Sequence record: PZ452596.1
DNA: 64,000 nucleotides
Strand: one strand, 5' to 3'
DNA from: a phage
The first letter of the stretch is position 1; each line of letters opens with the position of its first letter. This document shows positions 10,285 to 19,572 of the stretch, one piece after another. The position numbers were made by a program, and so were the translations under genes. The notes under the pieces were generated by a model. It did not search any database, was not told where the DNA came from, and was given only the letters and a program-made list of their open reading frames with translations.

Positions 10285-10499
10285 TAATAAATTTCCTTCC
10301 AGTAAGTTGTGCCATCTTCAGTAATTTCACGAAATACACCGTAAATTGGTTGTTTATCACCAACCTTTTCATACACATAAACCGAAGTCAAGTGAGTAAA
10401 CTTGATGGTGTGTTCCTTTTGAACTACTACCAAATCTGGATCGAATAATACATCTTCAAATTCGTCATTAGTGCAGTTCTGAACAATTTTACGTTTCAT
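10284..10499 (-). CDS. hypothetical protein, 71 aa
   Basis: ATG at 10499 with GAGGAAATTGTA RBS. Confidence 0.5.
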   Translation of the reverse strand: MKRKIVQNCTNDEFEDVLFDPDLVVVQKEHTIKFTHLTSVYVYEKVGDKQPIYGVFREITEDGTTYWKEIY

Positions 10500-10512
10500 T
10501 ACAATTTCCTCA

Positions 10513-10782
10513 TTAATTGAACAGTGGAGCGATACGTTTCAGAAGAGTAGCAGCACCTTTGGCAAATTTTACATCATGAAAAACAGTTTCTTCTTCCGTT
10601 ACAACACGAGCTTTAATGTTTTCACAATCCCAATTTTTGCGAACAATCTTCAAAAGCTGCAGTAAATCTTTACATTCAGCAATATCGATAACACATCCAC
10701 GAGAATCTTCCATTATCGCACGATAACCGTAAGCCATACCATAATCATTGAAAGATTGCTCGATGATAATTAAATTTTCCAT
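10513..10782 (-). CDS. hypothetical protein, 89 aa
   Basis: Internal ATG at 10782 with GGAGAATAAA leader; track extension lies in promoter cassette. Confidence 0.5.
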   Translation of the reverse strand: MENLIIIEQSFNDYGMAYGYRAIMEDSRGCVIDIAECKDLLQLLKIVRKNWDCENIKARVVTEEETVFHDVKFAKGAATLLKRIAPLFN

Positions 10783-10888
10783 TTTATTCTCCAAGTTTTT
10801 CTGTATCAGTAGTTGATATTGATATAGTACCATAATCAACTACTGATGTATATAGTTTTATGAAAAAAATTTTAAACTTTATGCAAAT

Positions 10889-11308
10889 TTATGCTAAAGC
10901 TGCTTCGCACCATTTTTTAATTTGGAATTCAGGAACTACCATGAACTGGCCTGCAAAAACAATATTGTAGAGCTTGACACCATCTTCTACCCAACGGTCC
11001 GAAATAAAACCAGCGACTTGATTCGTTGTCCATGGAGTTCCATCTGTTGCCGCCGCAATTGTGAATTTATGGTCTTTTACAACTAAAACTGAAGAACAAA
11101 GTTTCCATTTAAATGCGCTTTCTTCTGGCTCAATGAACTGACTTGAGACATAACCAATGTTACCATCAGCGTCACGAACTTTAACCTCGTTACGACCAAA
11201 AACTGGATCACTTACAGAAAGAACTTCAACCAGCTTTCCTGCAACTTTAGAACGAGAAGCAACGGATACATATACGTAATCACCAGTAGAGAGATTTACA
11301 ATATTCAT
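10889..11308 (-). CDS. hypothetical protein 139 aa, member of a 3-gene tandem paralog family (motB region)
   Basis: AAGGAA RBS; shares SASRSK..GKLVEV and ..WVEDG.KLYNIVF.G.F.VV motifs with the next two genes. Confidence 0.6.
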   Translation of the reverse strand: MNIVNLSTGDYVYVSVASRSKVAGKLVEVLSVSDPVFGRNEVKVRDADGNIGYVSSQFIEPEESAFKWKLCSSVLVVKDHKFTIAAATDGTPWTTNQVAGFISDRWVEDGVKLYNIVFAGQFMVVPEFQIKKWCEAALA

Positions 11309-11317
11309 AATAATTCC

Positions 11318-11791
11318 TTAAGCTTTACGAGGAGAAGCATAACGAGTGATTTCAGATTCTTCAACAACCCGGAAGTCACCTAAGAATACGATATTGTAGA
11401 GCTTTTCACCATCTTCAACCCATTGGTCTGTGATGAAGCCACACATCCTATCAGTTTTACTTGGACCAGCGAAATCATCAATATAATCGAATTCTTCATC
11501 AGTTACAAATTCAACGCCTTTACACAACGCCCATTTAAATTGTGCATTAGACTCAGTGGATTCAACTTCTTCAACAGAAGCAAAATGAGAGCTAACACGA
11601 GTTTCCAGAAATTTAGGACTTACGTAAGCGTACTGAGTTTCAGTTTTTCCAGAACTAGGAATGATTCGAACTTTAACTTCTTTAACACGACCAGTACCAT
11701 TAGTACGAAGTCCTACCACTTCAACTAGACGACCTGCAGCTTTAGAACGAGATGCAGACGATACACGCTTAATTTCACCGATAGTAATCAT
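11318..11791 (-). CDS. hypothetical protein 157 aa, paralog family member
   Basis: Internal ATG at 11791; MITIGEIKRVSSASRSKAAGRLVEV...; C-terminal ..QWVEDGEKLYNIVFLGDFRVV. Confidence 0.6.
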   Translation of the reverse strand: MITIGEIKRVSSASRSKAAGRLVEVVGLRTNGTGRVKEVKVRIIPSSGKTETQYAYVSPKFLETRVSSHFASVEEVESTESNAQFKWALCKGVEFVTDEEFDYIDDFAGPSKTDRMCGFITDQWVEDGEKLYNIVFLGDFRVVEESEITRYASPRKA

Positions 11792-11834
11792 AATTTTTCT
11801 CTCTTTGTTGTTAAGATTTATACTCCGCAGGACC

Positions 11835-11863
11835 ATTATACTCTGGTCCCAAGAGTTTGTAAA
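11835..11863 (-). promoter_or_regulatory. sigma70-like early promoter (TTTACA, 17 nt, TATAAT)
   Basis: TTTACAaactcttgggaccagagTATAAT upstream of 11791 gene. Confidence 0.5.
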
Positions 11864-12301
11864 TTAGCTTACACGAACATTAATCACTGCGCTGCGAGGA
11901 ACTACAGAGTACTCTCCAGCATGAACTACGTTCAGAAGTTCAACACCATCTTCAATCCACTGATCAGTCACCCATCCACCCACAGGATTCGCGAATGGAC
12001 GACGAATATAAACTGCCTTACACAGCAGATCAGTTGGATCTTCAGGTTTTTCAATTTCTGTCAATAGACTAAAATCTTTTTCATAAATAATAAGCGATGA
12101 TACCATTCCATAATAGTTTCTAATTTCAATATACATCATACCGATAAGAATTCCGCTATTAACACTAATAACAGTAAAAGGATATCCGCCAGTTAAACCA
12201 AGAAGTTCACAAAACTTATTATGAGCTGTATTAGACAGTACCGAAAAATTCTTAATTTCATCAAATTTTTTCAATTGATAAACAGCATTATTTTTAATCA
12301 T
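11864..12301 (-). CDS. hypothetical protein 145 aa, paralog family member
   Basis: C-terminal ..DQWIEDGVELLNVVHAGEYSVVP shared with neighbours. Confidence 0.6.
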   Translation of the reverse strand: MIKNNAVYQLKKFDEIKNFSVLSNTAHNKFCELLGLTGGYPFTVISVNSGILIGMMYIEIRNYYGMVSSLIIYEKDFSLLTEIEKPEDPTDLLCKAVYIRRPFANPVGGWVTDQWIEDGVELLNVVHAGEYSVVPRSAVINVRVS

Positions 12302-12311
12302 GATTTTCTCT

Positions 12312-12815
12312 TTAATCTAAAGTAATAAAGCCTTTTAATTCGGCATGTGATTTGCGGAACATTACTTGGTGCCCGCCAATGATAACTTGATCATCTGGAA
12401 CTTCGTATACAGCGAGATAAAATCCTTTAGAAGATAATTCTTCACGCTCTTCTCGTGTGAACCATCTCATCATATCATATTCGCTAGCGAAAGCAAAATG
12501 ATAAAGAGCTATAAACCATCCTGGAATATAGTGATCTACGCCTACATATTCTTCTTTCTCAAAATTAGTATTAATTGCTATATTAGCATTTTTAACTAAT
12601 AATTTGTCTTCGTGTGGAAGAGGAATTCTTTTATTATCATTACTATGATGCATAAAATTAGGTCTGTCATAACCTACGTGTAATAACCACTCTTCGCTCC
12701 ATGAATCTATTATACTCCTGTATGGCGTTATTTGAACACAAAGATTTCGACGTATTGTTATAGCATCTTCATTATTAAGAATACTAAAAGATGATTCAAC
12801 ACGATAAATTTTCAT
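12312..12815 (-). CDS. hypothetical protein, 167 aa
   Basis: ATG at 12815 with GAGGATAATAAA RBS and early promoter upstream. Confidence 0.6.
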   Translation of the reverse strand: MKIYRVESSFSILNNEDAITIRRNLCVQITPYRSIIDSWSEEWLLHVGYDRPNFMHHSNDNKRIPLPHEDKLLVKNANIAINTNFEKEEYVGVDHYIPGWFIALYHFAFASEYDMMRWFTREEREELSSKGFYLAVYEVPDDQVIIGGHQVMFRKSHAELKGFITLD

Positions 12816-12842
12816 TTTATTATCCTCAGTAGCTATAGTGTT

Positions 12843-12872
12843 ATAATACCATAACTAACCGAGGAAGTAAAC
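12843..12872 (-). promoter_or_regulatory. T4-type early promoter
   Basis: GTTTACttcctcggttagttatggTATTAT. Confidence 0.55.
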
Positions 12873-12878
12873 AACTTT

Positions 12879-13562
12879 TTATCGTTTTGTTGGAAGAGAC
12901 AGAGGATCGCACTCTTCCTCTGACGGAGCATCTTCAAGACCCATAGCGTATCGCAAAGCATACTTCATCATCAGGATGTCTTTCGCGCAGTCATGAATAG
13001 AATCATGTGCAACGAATCCATCTAAAGTTCCTTTTGGAAGAGGACACGTGGTCATATCACGAACAAGCAGAAGTGCTTCAATTCTGGTACGAATATCACG
13101 CTGATTCCAGAATTTACAAGGTTCTAACTTAAATGTATCAAGCTCATTCTCGGAAACGCCGTTAAGACGTTGAATATCGCGAATGAGATCGACTAAAATT
13201 GGAAAATCAAACGACATTCCACGGCACCAACCTTGAGATTTCCAAGGATCGATGTTATGTGCATTGATGTAATCATTAAATTTTGCAATACCATCGATAG
13301 TGCTTACATCTTCATCGGATGGTGCAATATTTTTTCGAGCTTCAGGAGACTGGTTTTTCCACCATTCGATAGTGCTTTTAGTAAAAAGACGATGTCCTTT
13401 TTGGCTTTTTAAATCAAATTTGATTTTAATGCCACGTGAAACTAATTCATCAAATGTTTCAACAACTTCTGGGTTAGGGTCAAAGGCAATAACAGCCAAA
13501 TCAATAACAGCTGCTTTTTCACCACTTCCCATTGTTTCAAAATCTATAATAAAATCAAACAT
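12879..13562 (-). CDS. dexA: exonuclease A (DEDD-type 3'-5' exonuclease), 227 aa
   Basis: MFDFIIDFETMGSGEK... (DxE exonuclease motif); 227 aa; upstream neighbour of dda region as in T4. Confidence 0.85.
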   Translation of the reverse strand: MFDFIIDFETMGSGEKAAVIDLAVIAFDPNPEVVETFDELVSRGIKIKFDLKSQKGHRLFTKSTIEWWKNQSPEARKNIAPSDEDVSTIDGIAKFNDYINAHNIDPWKSQGWCRGMSFDFPILVDLIRDIQRLNGVSENELDTFKLEPCKFWNQRDIRTRIEALLLVRDMTTCPLPKGTLDGFVAHDSIHDCAKDILMMKYALRYAMGLEDAPSEEECDPLSLPTKR

Positions 13563-13804
13563 TAAACTTTCCTCGCTAAATCGCGAATTTGGCCTACAGT
13601 ATAGTCTTGAATATAAACTTTATTAATAGGCTCATCAATAAATTTTGCCATAGATTCAATATCTTTTTGTATCTTTTCAAGACTGTATACTATCTTTGAA
13701 GCTTTTTCACGAATAGTAATATTTTCAGGACCTGGATTTTCTTCAATGACAGCTTTAACATTTGTCATAAGAGATTTAAACTGGTACCAACTCAACTCAA
13801 TCAT
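13562..13804 (-). CDS. hypothetical protein ~80 aa (one of three similar ~85-aa ORFs)
   Basis: ATG at 13804 with GAGG upstream; helical. Confidence 0.5.
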   Translation of the reverse strand: MIELSWYQFKSLMTNVKAVIEENPGPENITIREKASKIVYSLEKIQKDIESMAKFIDEPINKVYIQDYTVGQIRDLARKV

Positions 13805-14042
13805 TAATAATCGCCTCATAAAGATAGCTAATTTCGCCTAAAACGTAATCATTGATTGTAACAGTTTTCACTTCACCACAAAAGAATTCTAACGCAATTA
13901 AATCTCGTTCAATTTCTTCTAATTGAAGCATCAACTTACTAGATTCAATTTTTACAGTTTCACGATTTTTACCATGAGCAATTTCATAAATTTCGCTAAC
14001 TTTATCCTGAAGAAGATAAAACTGATCTTTAGTTATTTCCAC
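13797..14042 (-). CDS. hypothetical protein ~81 aa, probable GTG start
   Basis: No in-frame ATG near 5' end; GTG at 14042 preceded by GAGGAAG at 6-nt spacing; pattern similar to 13562 ORF. Confidence 0.4.
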   Translation of the reverse strand: MEITKDQFYLLQDKVSEIYEIAHGKNRETVKIESSKLMLQLEEIERDLIALEFFCGEVKTVTINDYVLGEISYLYEAIIND

Positions 14043-14289
14043 GAATAGCTTCCTCAAATTTAATTAGTAATTTACAGACACTTTCATCTAGTGTAATTAC
14101 CGTATCTGTATTACTGTGATATGATTGTTTTTCAATTCGTTTAATTGCTAATATAGTATCACTTATAAGATAAAGCTTATGAAGGAGCTCAGCTCCTGTT
14201 ATCATAACATTAAGATTATCTTGCTTATTAGTATGCTTCCTTATACCATCTATTAGACGATTTAAATATTTTGAATTGATGTTAATCAT
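14029..14289 (-). CDS. hypothetical protein, 86 aa
   Basis: ATG at 14289 with GTGAGGATATAT RBS. Confidence 0.5.
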   Translation of the reverse strand: MININSKYLNRLIDGIRKHTNKQDNLNVMITGAELLHKLYLISDTILAIKRIEKQSYHSNTDTVITLDESVCKLLIKFEEAIRGNN

Positions 14290-14295
14290 ATATCC

Positions 14296-15615
14296 TCACA
14301 CATAAAATACGTCATAACGACCACGGGTAACACCAACATAAAGAAGTTGTTGAGCCAATTCAGCATCTGCATAATGAATACAAGGTGTATAAATGAAAGC
14401 ACGGTCTACAGACATACCCTGAGCTTTATGGAATGTTGATGCAGGAAGTGCTTTCACTTTACTAAACTGTGATTTAGCATCCCAAAAATCACTCCACGGA
14501 GCTTTTCCGCCTTTGTTCCAATTTTTATAAGTTTCTGCCGTTTTACCTAAAAATAGGTTAAACTTATATAGCTCTTCATCAGATGAAATTATTTTAATCT
14601 TTTCACGATAATATTCATCATCGCCGTAAGTTTCTACTGTTAAATCCCAATGACGAATTAAGTATTCTCCATGAACACCACGGGCTTTAACAAACGTTGA
14701 TGTATACTCTGCTTCTATAATACGAACTAATTGTCCGTTATTAAAAATAATTTCTGACACAGGCTTTCCATCAATTTTATATGTTTTAATTAATGGTTCC
14801 TGCATTACAATAATTTCACCAACAATAAAATCTTTATCAGTTTCAAAAATCTTTTTACGAATAATGCTATTTAACTTGTCAACGGATTTATTCGTAAATG
14901 CCATTACGCGATTTTCAAACAAATCATCTAGTGATTTGACAATTGAAAAATAATTTACCATAAAATCGCGTAAAGCGGTATCACCAGTAAATCCACGTAC
15001 TCCATGACCGTCAACAACTTTATCATAAATCCACTTACCGTTGCGAACATCAGTAGCTACATCAATAATAGGAGCATTACTGCGTTTAACTTCAGTAAGT
15101 TCACACTGATAAAAATCTTTGTGTGTAAAGAATGGACTGATATAAGCAGTATTTTCTCCTGGATCAACAGGTCTAATTTGCTTATTATCACCTATTCCAA
15201 TTATAGTACACCAAGGTGGAATAGTTGAAAGCAGAATTTTAAATAGCTTTCTATCATACATTGACACTTCGTCGCAGATTAATACCCTGCATTTAGCTAA
15301 ATCTGGTACTTCCTTCTGTTCAAAAAGAACGTTTTCTTCATACGTAACTGGGTTAATTTTAAGAATACTATGAATAGTACTCGCTTCTTTCCCCGACAGT
15401 TTTGAAAGAATCTTTTTAGCTGCATGTGTAGGAGCTGCTAAAATAATACCAGTTTCACCCGTAGATATTAAAGCTTCAATGATGAATTTAGTAAGAGTAG
15501 TCTTACCGGTACCAGCAGGTCCATTAATAGTTACATGATGTTTCTTTTCTTTAATAGCCCTCATAACGATGTTAAAGGCATTTTTCTGGCCTTCTGTCAA
15601 ATCATCAAATGTCAT
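14296..15615 (-). CDS. dda: Dda DNA helicase (SF1B), 439 aa
   Basis: MTFDDLTEGQKNAF...GPAGTGKTT (Walker A); 439 aa. Confidence 0.9.
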   Translation of the reverse strand: MTFDDLTEGQKNAFNIVMRAIKEKKHHVTINGPAGTGKTTLTKFIIEALISTGETGIILAAPTHAAKKILSKLSGKEASTIHSILKINPVTYEENVLFEQKEVPDLAKCRVLICDEVSMYDRKLFKILLSTIPPWCTIIGIGDNKQIRPVDPGENTAYISPFFTHKDFYQCELTEVKRSNAPIIDVATDVRNGKWIYDKVVDGHGVRGFTGDTALRDFMVNYFSIVKSLDDLFENRVMAFTNKSVDKLNSIIRKKIFETDKDFIVGEIIVMQEPLIKTYKIDGKPVSEIIFNNGQLVRIIEAEYTSTFVKARGVHGEYLIRHWDLTVETYGDDEYYREKIKIISSDEELYKFNLFLGKTAETYKNWNKGGKAPWSDFWDAKSQFSKVKALPASTFHKAQGMSVDRAFIYTPCIHYADAELAQQLLYVGVTRGRYDVFYV

Positions 15616-15923
15616 CGGAAAGTCCCTGCAATTGGAATACTAACAATACGCCCAGTATCTAAAATTCGCTGATATAATCTTTGTGTGTCTACGTCAGGCT
15701 TAACATGTTTAACTTCTATTTTATTAAACCAAAATTTACGTGGAGTCTCAACTAATCTTGGAATTCCCTTACCTAAAGCTAGTTGATACTGCTCTTTAAG
15801 AGTGGTAAATACTTTATCAGCAATCTTCCATTCAAAAAATACAGCAGGACGATGTTCATCGAGCGGAACTGGCGCCGTAAATCCGTCTTTGTCTCGGTAA
15901 ACTATCGCATATACATAAACCAT
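15612..15923 (-). CDS. hypothetical protein 103 aa (dda.1 position)
   Basis: ATG at 15923 with GAGGATAAT RBS; ATGA overlap with dda start. Confidence 0.6.
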   Translation of the reverse strand: MVYVYAIVYRDKDGFTAPVPLDEHRPAVFFEWKIADKVFTTLKEQYQLALGKGIPRLVETPRKFWFNKIEVKHVKPDVDTQRLYQRILDTGRIVSIPIAGTFR

Positions 15924-15924
15924 A

Positions 15925-16671
15925 TTATCCTCGGATAAGTTTAAAAATTGAACAATTTAGCGGGTATCCTCTTTTTAATTTGAGTTTATCAATAAATGAT
16001 AAGTTTTGAAACCGCTCTACACCTTGAATAATTTTATCACACATATCATATTGCATTTCTGCTTCTGACAACTTTTTCACAATTTTCCAATCCGAGCCTT
16101 TAAGAAGAACGTTCAGTTTAACAACTTCAGCGCCTTCTGCTATACGAGAACCATCAATACGAGCTTTAAGTGCTATAATTCTTAGCTTAATGTCAGAGGT
16201 CTGTTTTGACTTAGAAAGCTGAGAAATGTGTTCAATTCGGTTTTCACGTTTTTTCTGTATAGCTTTAATTTGATTATAAGTCTTTTTGATTTTAGCCCAT
16301 TTCTTTTCATCTAAATTTAGTTTATGAACTTTTTTCGCAGATGAACGACCAATTCGCAAAGCAAACAAATCACGTTTTTCAATCAACTCCTCTAAAGTAT
16401 AATCAGAACGAAATGTATTATACTTTTTCTTTACTGCAATAACATTCCCTTTAATGTATCCAACGTTATTATCAAAACGTTCTAATGATAATTTCTCTCC
16501 TTCAATACGATTATCAAAAGGTTCTCCCGAGTAAGCACAAACTTTTTGATCTAAAATGTTCTTAATGTAATTGAAGTCTAAGTTAAAATCTTTAGAACGT
16601 CTTTTTGCAGATGCCTGAGTGTGCTCTAAACGACGTTTAATTTTACGAATTTGATTATTAGACAGTTTCAT
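15925..16671 (-). CDS. srd: Srd-like protein (position between dda.1 and modA), 248 aa, basic
   Basis: Synteny and size only; KR-rich; early promoter upstream. Confidence 0.5.
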   Translation of the reverse strand: MKLSNNQIRKIKRRLEHTQASAKRRSKDFNLDFNYIKNILDQKVCAYSGEPFDNRIEGEKLSLERFDNNVGYIKGNVIAVKKKYNTFRSDYTLEELIEKRDLFALRIGRSSAKKVHKLNLDEKKWAKIKKTYNQIKAIQKKRENRIEHISQLSKSKQTSDIKLRIIALKARIDGSRIAEGAEVVKLNVLLKGSDWKIVKKLSEAEMQYDMCDKIIQGVERFQNLSFIDKLKLKRGYPLNCSIFKLIRG

Positions 16672-16709
16672 ATTTTTCTCACATCTTACAGACGATTTAA
16701 TACTTTATT

Positions 16710-16739
16710 ACTATAACATTTTTACCTTAACTTGTAAAC
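16710..16739 (-). promoter_or_regulatory. T4-type early promoter upstream of srd-like gene
   Basis: GTTTACaagttaaggtaaaaatgtTATAGT. Confidence 0.55.
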
Positions 16740-16754
16740 AACTTTATGTAAAAA

Positions 16755-16779
16755 TGCTTTAAAAATTTCATGGTATAAT
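16755..16779 (+). promoter_or_regulatory. plus-strand MotA-box/extended -10 promoter-like element (TGCTTTA, 12 nt, TGgTATAAT), antisense to modA
   Basis: aaaaTGCTTTAaaaatttcatggTATAATgaat read 5'->3' on the plus strand. Confidence 0.4.
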
Positions 16780-16796
16780 GAATCTAAGTCCTTCCA

Positions 16797-17399
16797 TTAT
16801 AGATTAAATCCTTCAAAATCAAGAGTATAGATAGTGTATGTTGAATACTTTTTATACTCATATCTATCTGCAATTCTAAATACACTTCCAGCTGGTATCA
16901 TTACTTCTTGTTCATCTGAAACTAATTCCATATTACGATAACGATGGCTATCCGGAAACTTAAAGTTTGGATTGTATTCTTTACAGCGTAGAGCTTTTAT
17001 AGCATACTCCTGGAAATTGAATACCATAGGAGCTTTGAATTCAAAAATAACTTGTGTGTTATACTCTAAACCGGAAGCAAAATGTAGAGCTATATTTTTA
17101 TCATATGAAGCTGATACGACTTTATCAAATGTAATAATATCAATTCCTTGATTTAATACTTGCTTAGTCTCAGCTGGAACACCTCTCCAAAGAGGTTTAT
17201 CGTTTGGAACCAAACGAGATTTGATTATTTCATTTAACCAAGAATGATCGTCTGGTTTATTAGTAATACAATGAATTAAAAGTTCAATTTCAGATAAATT
17301 AAACCCTTCAGAAAGTAATTCTTCACGAATAGAAGCACGCACCGATGCATCCATTGATTTTATTTTAAAATCTTTTAGTTGCATTACTGAGTATTTCAT
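16797..17399 (-). CDS. modA: ADP-ribosyltransferase ModA, 200 aa
   Basis: R (LWRGV), S-x-S and EQE (DEQEVMIP) motifs typical of ART toxins; 200 aa; ATGA overlap with upstream gene. Confidence 0.75.
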   Translation of the reverse strand: MKYSVMQLKDFKIKSMDASVRASIREELLSEGFNLSEIELLIHCITNKPDDHSWLNEIIKSRLVPNDKPLWRGVPAETKQVLNQGIDIITFDKVVSASYDKNIALHFASGLEYNTQVIFEFKAPMVFNFQEYAIKALRCKEYNPNFKFPDSHRYRNMELVSDEQEVMIPAGSVFRIADRYEYKKYSTYTIYTLDFEGFNL

Positions 17400-18019
17400 T
17401 CAACTACCTCAATATCATAAACTTTAAATGTTCCAAATGAATCGTGTAATTTTTCTTTTGAAATAGAAGTTATTCTATACTTTCCAATTGGAATCATCCA
17501 TTCTTGTTCACGCACAATCATCATTAAGTTGTCAGTACGCTCTGAATCTAGCCCATCAGTATCTTCATACGTGTACTTAAACTCAGTATTAGGAGAAGAA
17601 AGTATAATATCGCTGATATGGTCAGAATAATTAAAAGCTTTATCAGTTTTTAAGCGAAATATTATTTCAGTGAAATACTCAACATAAGAAAAACCACATG
17701 CTGTGTGCAAACTAGTAGTAAATGAATCTACCCTGTTCGTTGAAAACACTTCTCCAACTTGTAAATCTTTAATGAGTTCTTTTGTCGATTTTGATATACC
17801 ACGATATAACTGATAAGGTGATTTAGTTAAATGCTTTTTAATGATTTTATTCAACTGCCTATGAAGAGCTTCATTCTTTTTGGCTTCCATACATTGCCAA
17901 AGAACGGATTGTTCAAAGTCAGTAAATTTTTCACAGACTTTTTTATACATATCATATTGAAAATCAACGCTTTCAGCTTTTATAGATAACTGTTCAACAT
18001 CTTCAAGATTAATAATCAT
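17396..18019 (-). CDS. modB: ADP-ribosyltransferase ModB, 207 aa
   Basis: LYRGIS, FSTN, EQEWMIP motifs; 207 aa; ACGGAGG RBS; early promoter upstream. Confidence 0.75.
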   Translation of the reverse strand: MIINLEDVEQLSIKAESVDFQYDMYKKVCEKFTDFEQSVLWQCMEAKKNEALHRQLNKIIKKHLTKSPYQLYRGISKSTKELIKDLQVGEVFSTNRVDSFTTSLHTACGFSYVEYFTEIIFRLKTDKAFNYSDHISDIILSSPNTEFKYTYEDTDGLDSERTDNLMMIVREQEWMIPIGKYRITSISKEKLHDSFGTFKVYDIEVVE

Positions 18020-18045
18020 GATAGCCTCCGTATACTTCAGAAGCT

Positions 18046-18075
18046 ATCATATCATTGTTAGAAAGGAAAGTAAAC
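18046..18075 (-). promoter_or_regulatory. T4-type early promoter upstream of modB
   Basis: GTTTACtttcctttctaacaatgaTATGAT. Confidence 0.55.
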
Positions 18076-18086
18076 AACTTTTTGAA

Positions 18087-18269
18087 TTATTTTGCCCAGG
18101 GAGCCCAGGGCGGAGGGTCAAGATGGTATGAAGCTAGTTCTTCTAGAAGAGCATCTGGGGCTTCAATTCCATAATTCTGTAATACTATACGGTACTCTTT
18201 CTTATAATCACTAGAATCATTCTGGATATTCGTAGAATGATTATCTTCTAACATCTCAAATAAATCCAT
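18087..18269 (-). CDS. hypothetical protein, 60 aa
   Basis: ATG at 18269 with AGGAATTAA RBS. Confidence 0.5.
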   Translation of the reverse strand: MDLFEMLEDNHSTNIQNDSSDYKKEYRIVLQNYGIEAPDALLEELASYHLDPPPWAPWAK

Positions 18270-18277
18270 ATTAATTC

Positions 18278-18559
18278 CTAGCGATAAAAACCAAAATAAC
18301 GATTAGCTTCAATAATCTTTCTTTCTTCTTCGGACATTCTCCAGCGTAGTCCAACGTCAAAATGAGCCCAGACCATCTTAACAAATGCATTTATATCTTT
18401 AATATCTTCAATAATGAATGTTTTACTTTTCGAAGGTTGACTCGCTAATTTAACTTTATCATCTTCAAACAGGTCAAAAAGACCATATTCGTGAGCTCTT
18501 TTATAGCCTTTAATAGTTAAAGCTTCAGAAGAAGAAAATGGTGAATCTGTATTCTGCAA
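18278..18559 (-). CDS. hypothetical protein ~93 aa, start uncertain (TTG at 18559, no nearby ATG)
   Basis: Open frame but non-ATG first codon; may be truncated or decaying. Confidence 0.35.
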   Translation of the reverse strand: MQNTDSPFSSSEALTIKGYKRAHEYGLFDLFEDDKVKLASQPSKSKTFIIEDIKDINAFVKMVWAHFDVGLRWRMSEEERKIIEANRYFGFYR

Positions 18560-18739
18560 AATATCTTCAGTATGCTTTATAATTAGAATAACATTTTCTG
18601 GATATTTTCTTTCTTTTATATCTTTAATTAAAAAATCCGGATTTTCTGCTAAAGGAATAATTAATGAGCATTTTTATCAAGCGTATTTACTGATTTACCT
18701 TCTTTAGACATAAATTCTATTGAATATAGTTTTGCTACT

Positions 18740-18904
18740 TCAATCATGTGATTTCCTTTTGCCTACTAATGGACCGTCAGGAATTTTGTTTTCCTGAATG
18801 TATTTCTCATTTTCTTCCATCATTTTACTGCCAATTTTAAGAAGCAAATCCATTGCTTCATTTGCTTTTGCTTTAGCCTCTTCCAATGTCATATCTTTGT
18901 TCAT
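18740..18904 (-). CDS. hypothetical protein, 54 aa
   Basis: ATG at 18904 overlapping upstream stop; [25 protein letters not shown]... Confidence 0.4.
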
Positions 18905-19104
18905 GATTTATCACCATAGATGTCTCTCATCAATTTAAGCGCTGAGCGCTCTAATTTCTTTTCTTTCTCAGCACTAATCATTGATTTCATCCATTCTTCC
19001 GATTCGTTCTGCATTTCTTTATTTGCTTGTTCAACCCAACCATCATCAATATACATTGAGTTTGGTCTATTGAACCATTCAAGAATCTTCTTGAAAGCTT
19101 TCAT
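18901..19104 (-). CDS. hypothetical protein, 67 aa
   Basis: ATG at 19104 with AGGTAAAATAA upstream. Confidence 0.5.
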
Positions 19105-19564
19105 TTATTTTACCTAAAATAATAGTAGGAGCATCGTCAAATTTATGAATTTTTAGCAAATTTGGATTTAAATTATTCCATAAAGAGGTAATAAAATATG
19201 ATAGCGCACTTTCGTCCGTAATTATAAATTTATTTCCCTTATCTATTTTCCAGTCATATATTGAATCATATGAATAGAAGGACAATGGTTTATTATTATA
19301 ATATGCTTCACTAACATCAATATAGTTAGATTTAGTAAATGCTTGAATTGCCATAAATGGAGAATTTTGTACAGTTTCAATAATTCCGATCTTTTTAAGT
19401 TTTATTTCAACATCTTCTGGAATTGGCATTGAAATAAAATCTTCTACTAGATACATATTATTGTCATATCTTTTATCAATCATTACTGCTACGGTAATTG
19501 GAACATCCTTGACAAACGCCATACTAATACTATTGATAGACATTTCAAACAAAATTGCTTCCAT
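19079..19564 (-). CDS. hypothetical protein 161 aa (mrh region)
   Basis: ATG at 19564 with GAGGAAAATT RBS; track start is GTG. Confidence 0.55.
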   Translation of the reverse strand: MEAILFEMSINSISMAFVKDVPITVAVMIDKRYDNNMYLVEDFISMPIPEDVEIKLKKIGIIETVQNSPFMAIQAFTKSNYIDVSEAYYNNKPLSFYSYDSIYDWKIDKGNKFIITDESALSYFITSLWNNLNPNLLKIHKFDDAPTIILGKINESFQEDS

Positions 19565-19572
19565 AATTTTCC

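Noticed and set aside
15925-16671. Possible degenerate HNH-like motif (CAYSGEPFDN...ERFDNNVGYIKGNVIAV) in the srd-like protein
   Set aside because: Lacks the conserved His and Cys ligands; similarity is too weak to call a nuclease without a profile search
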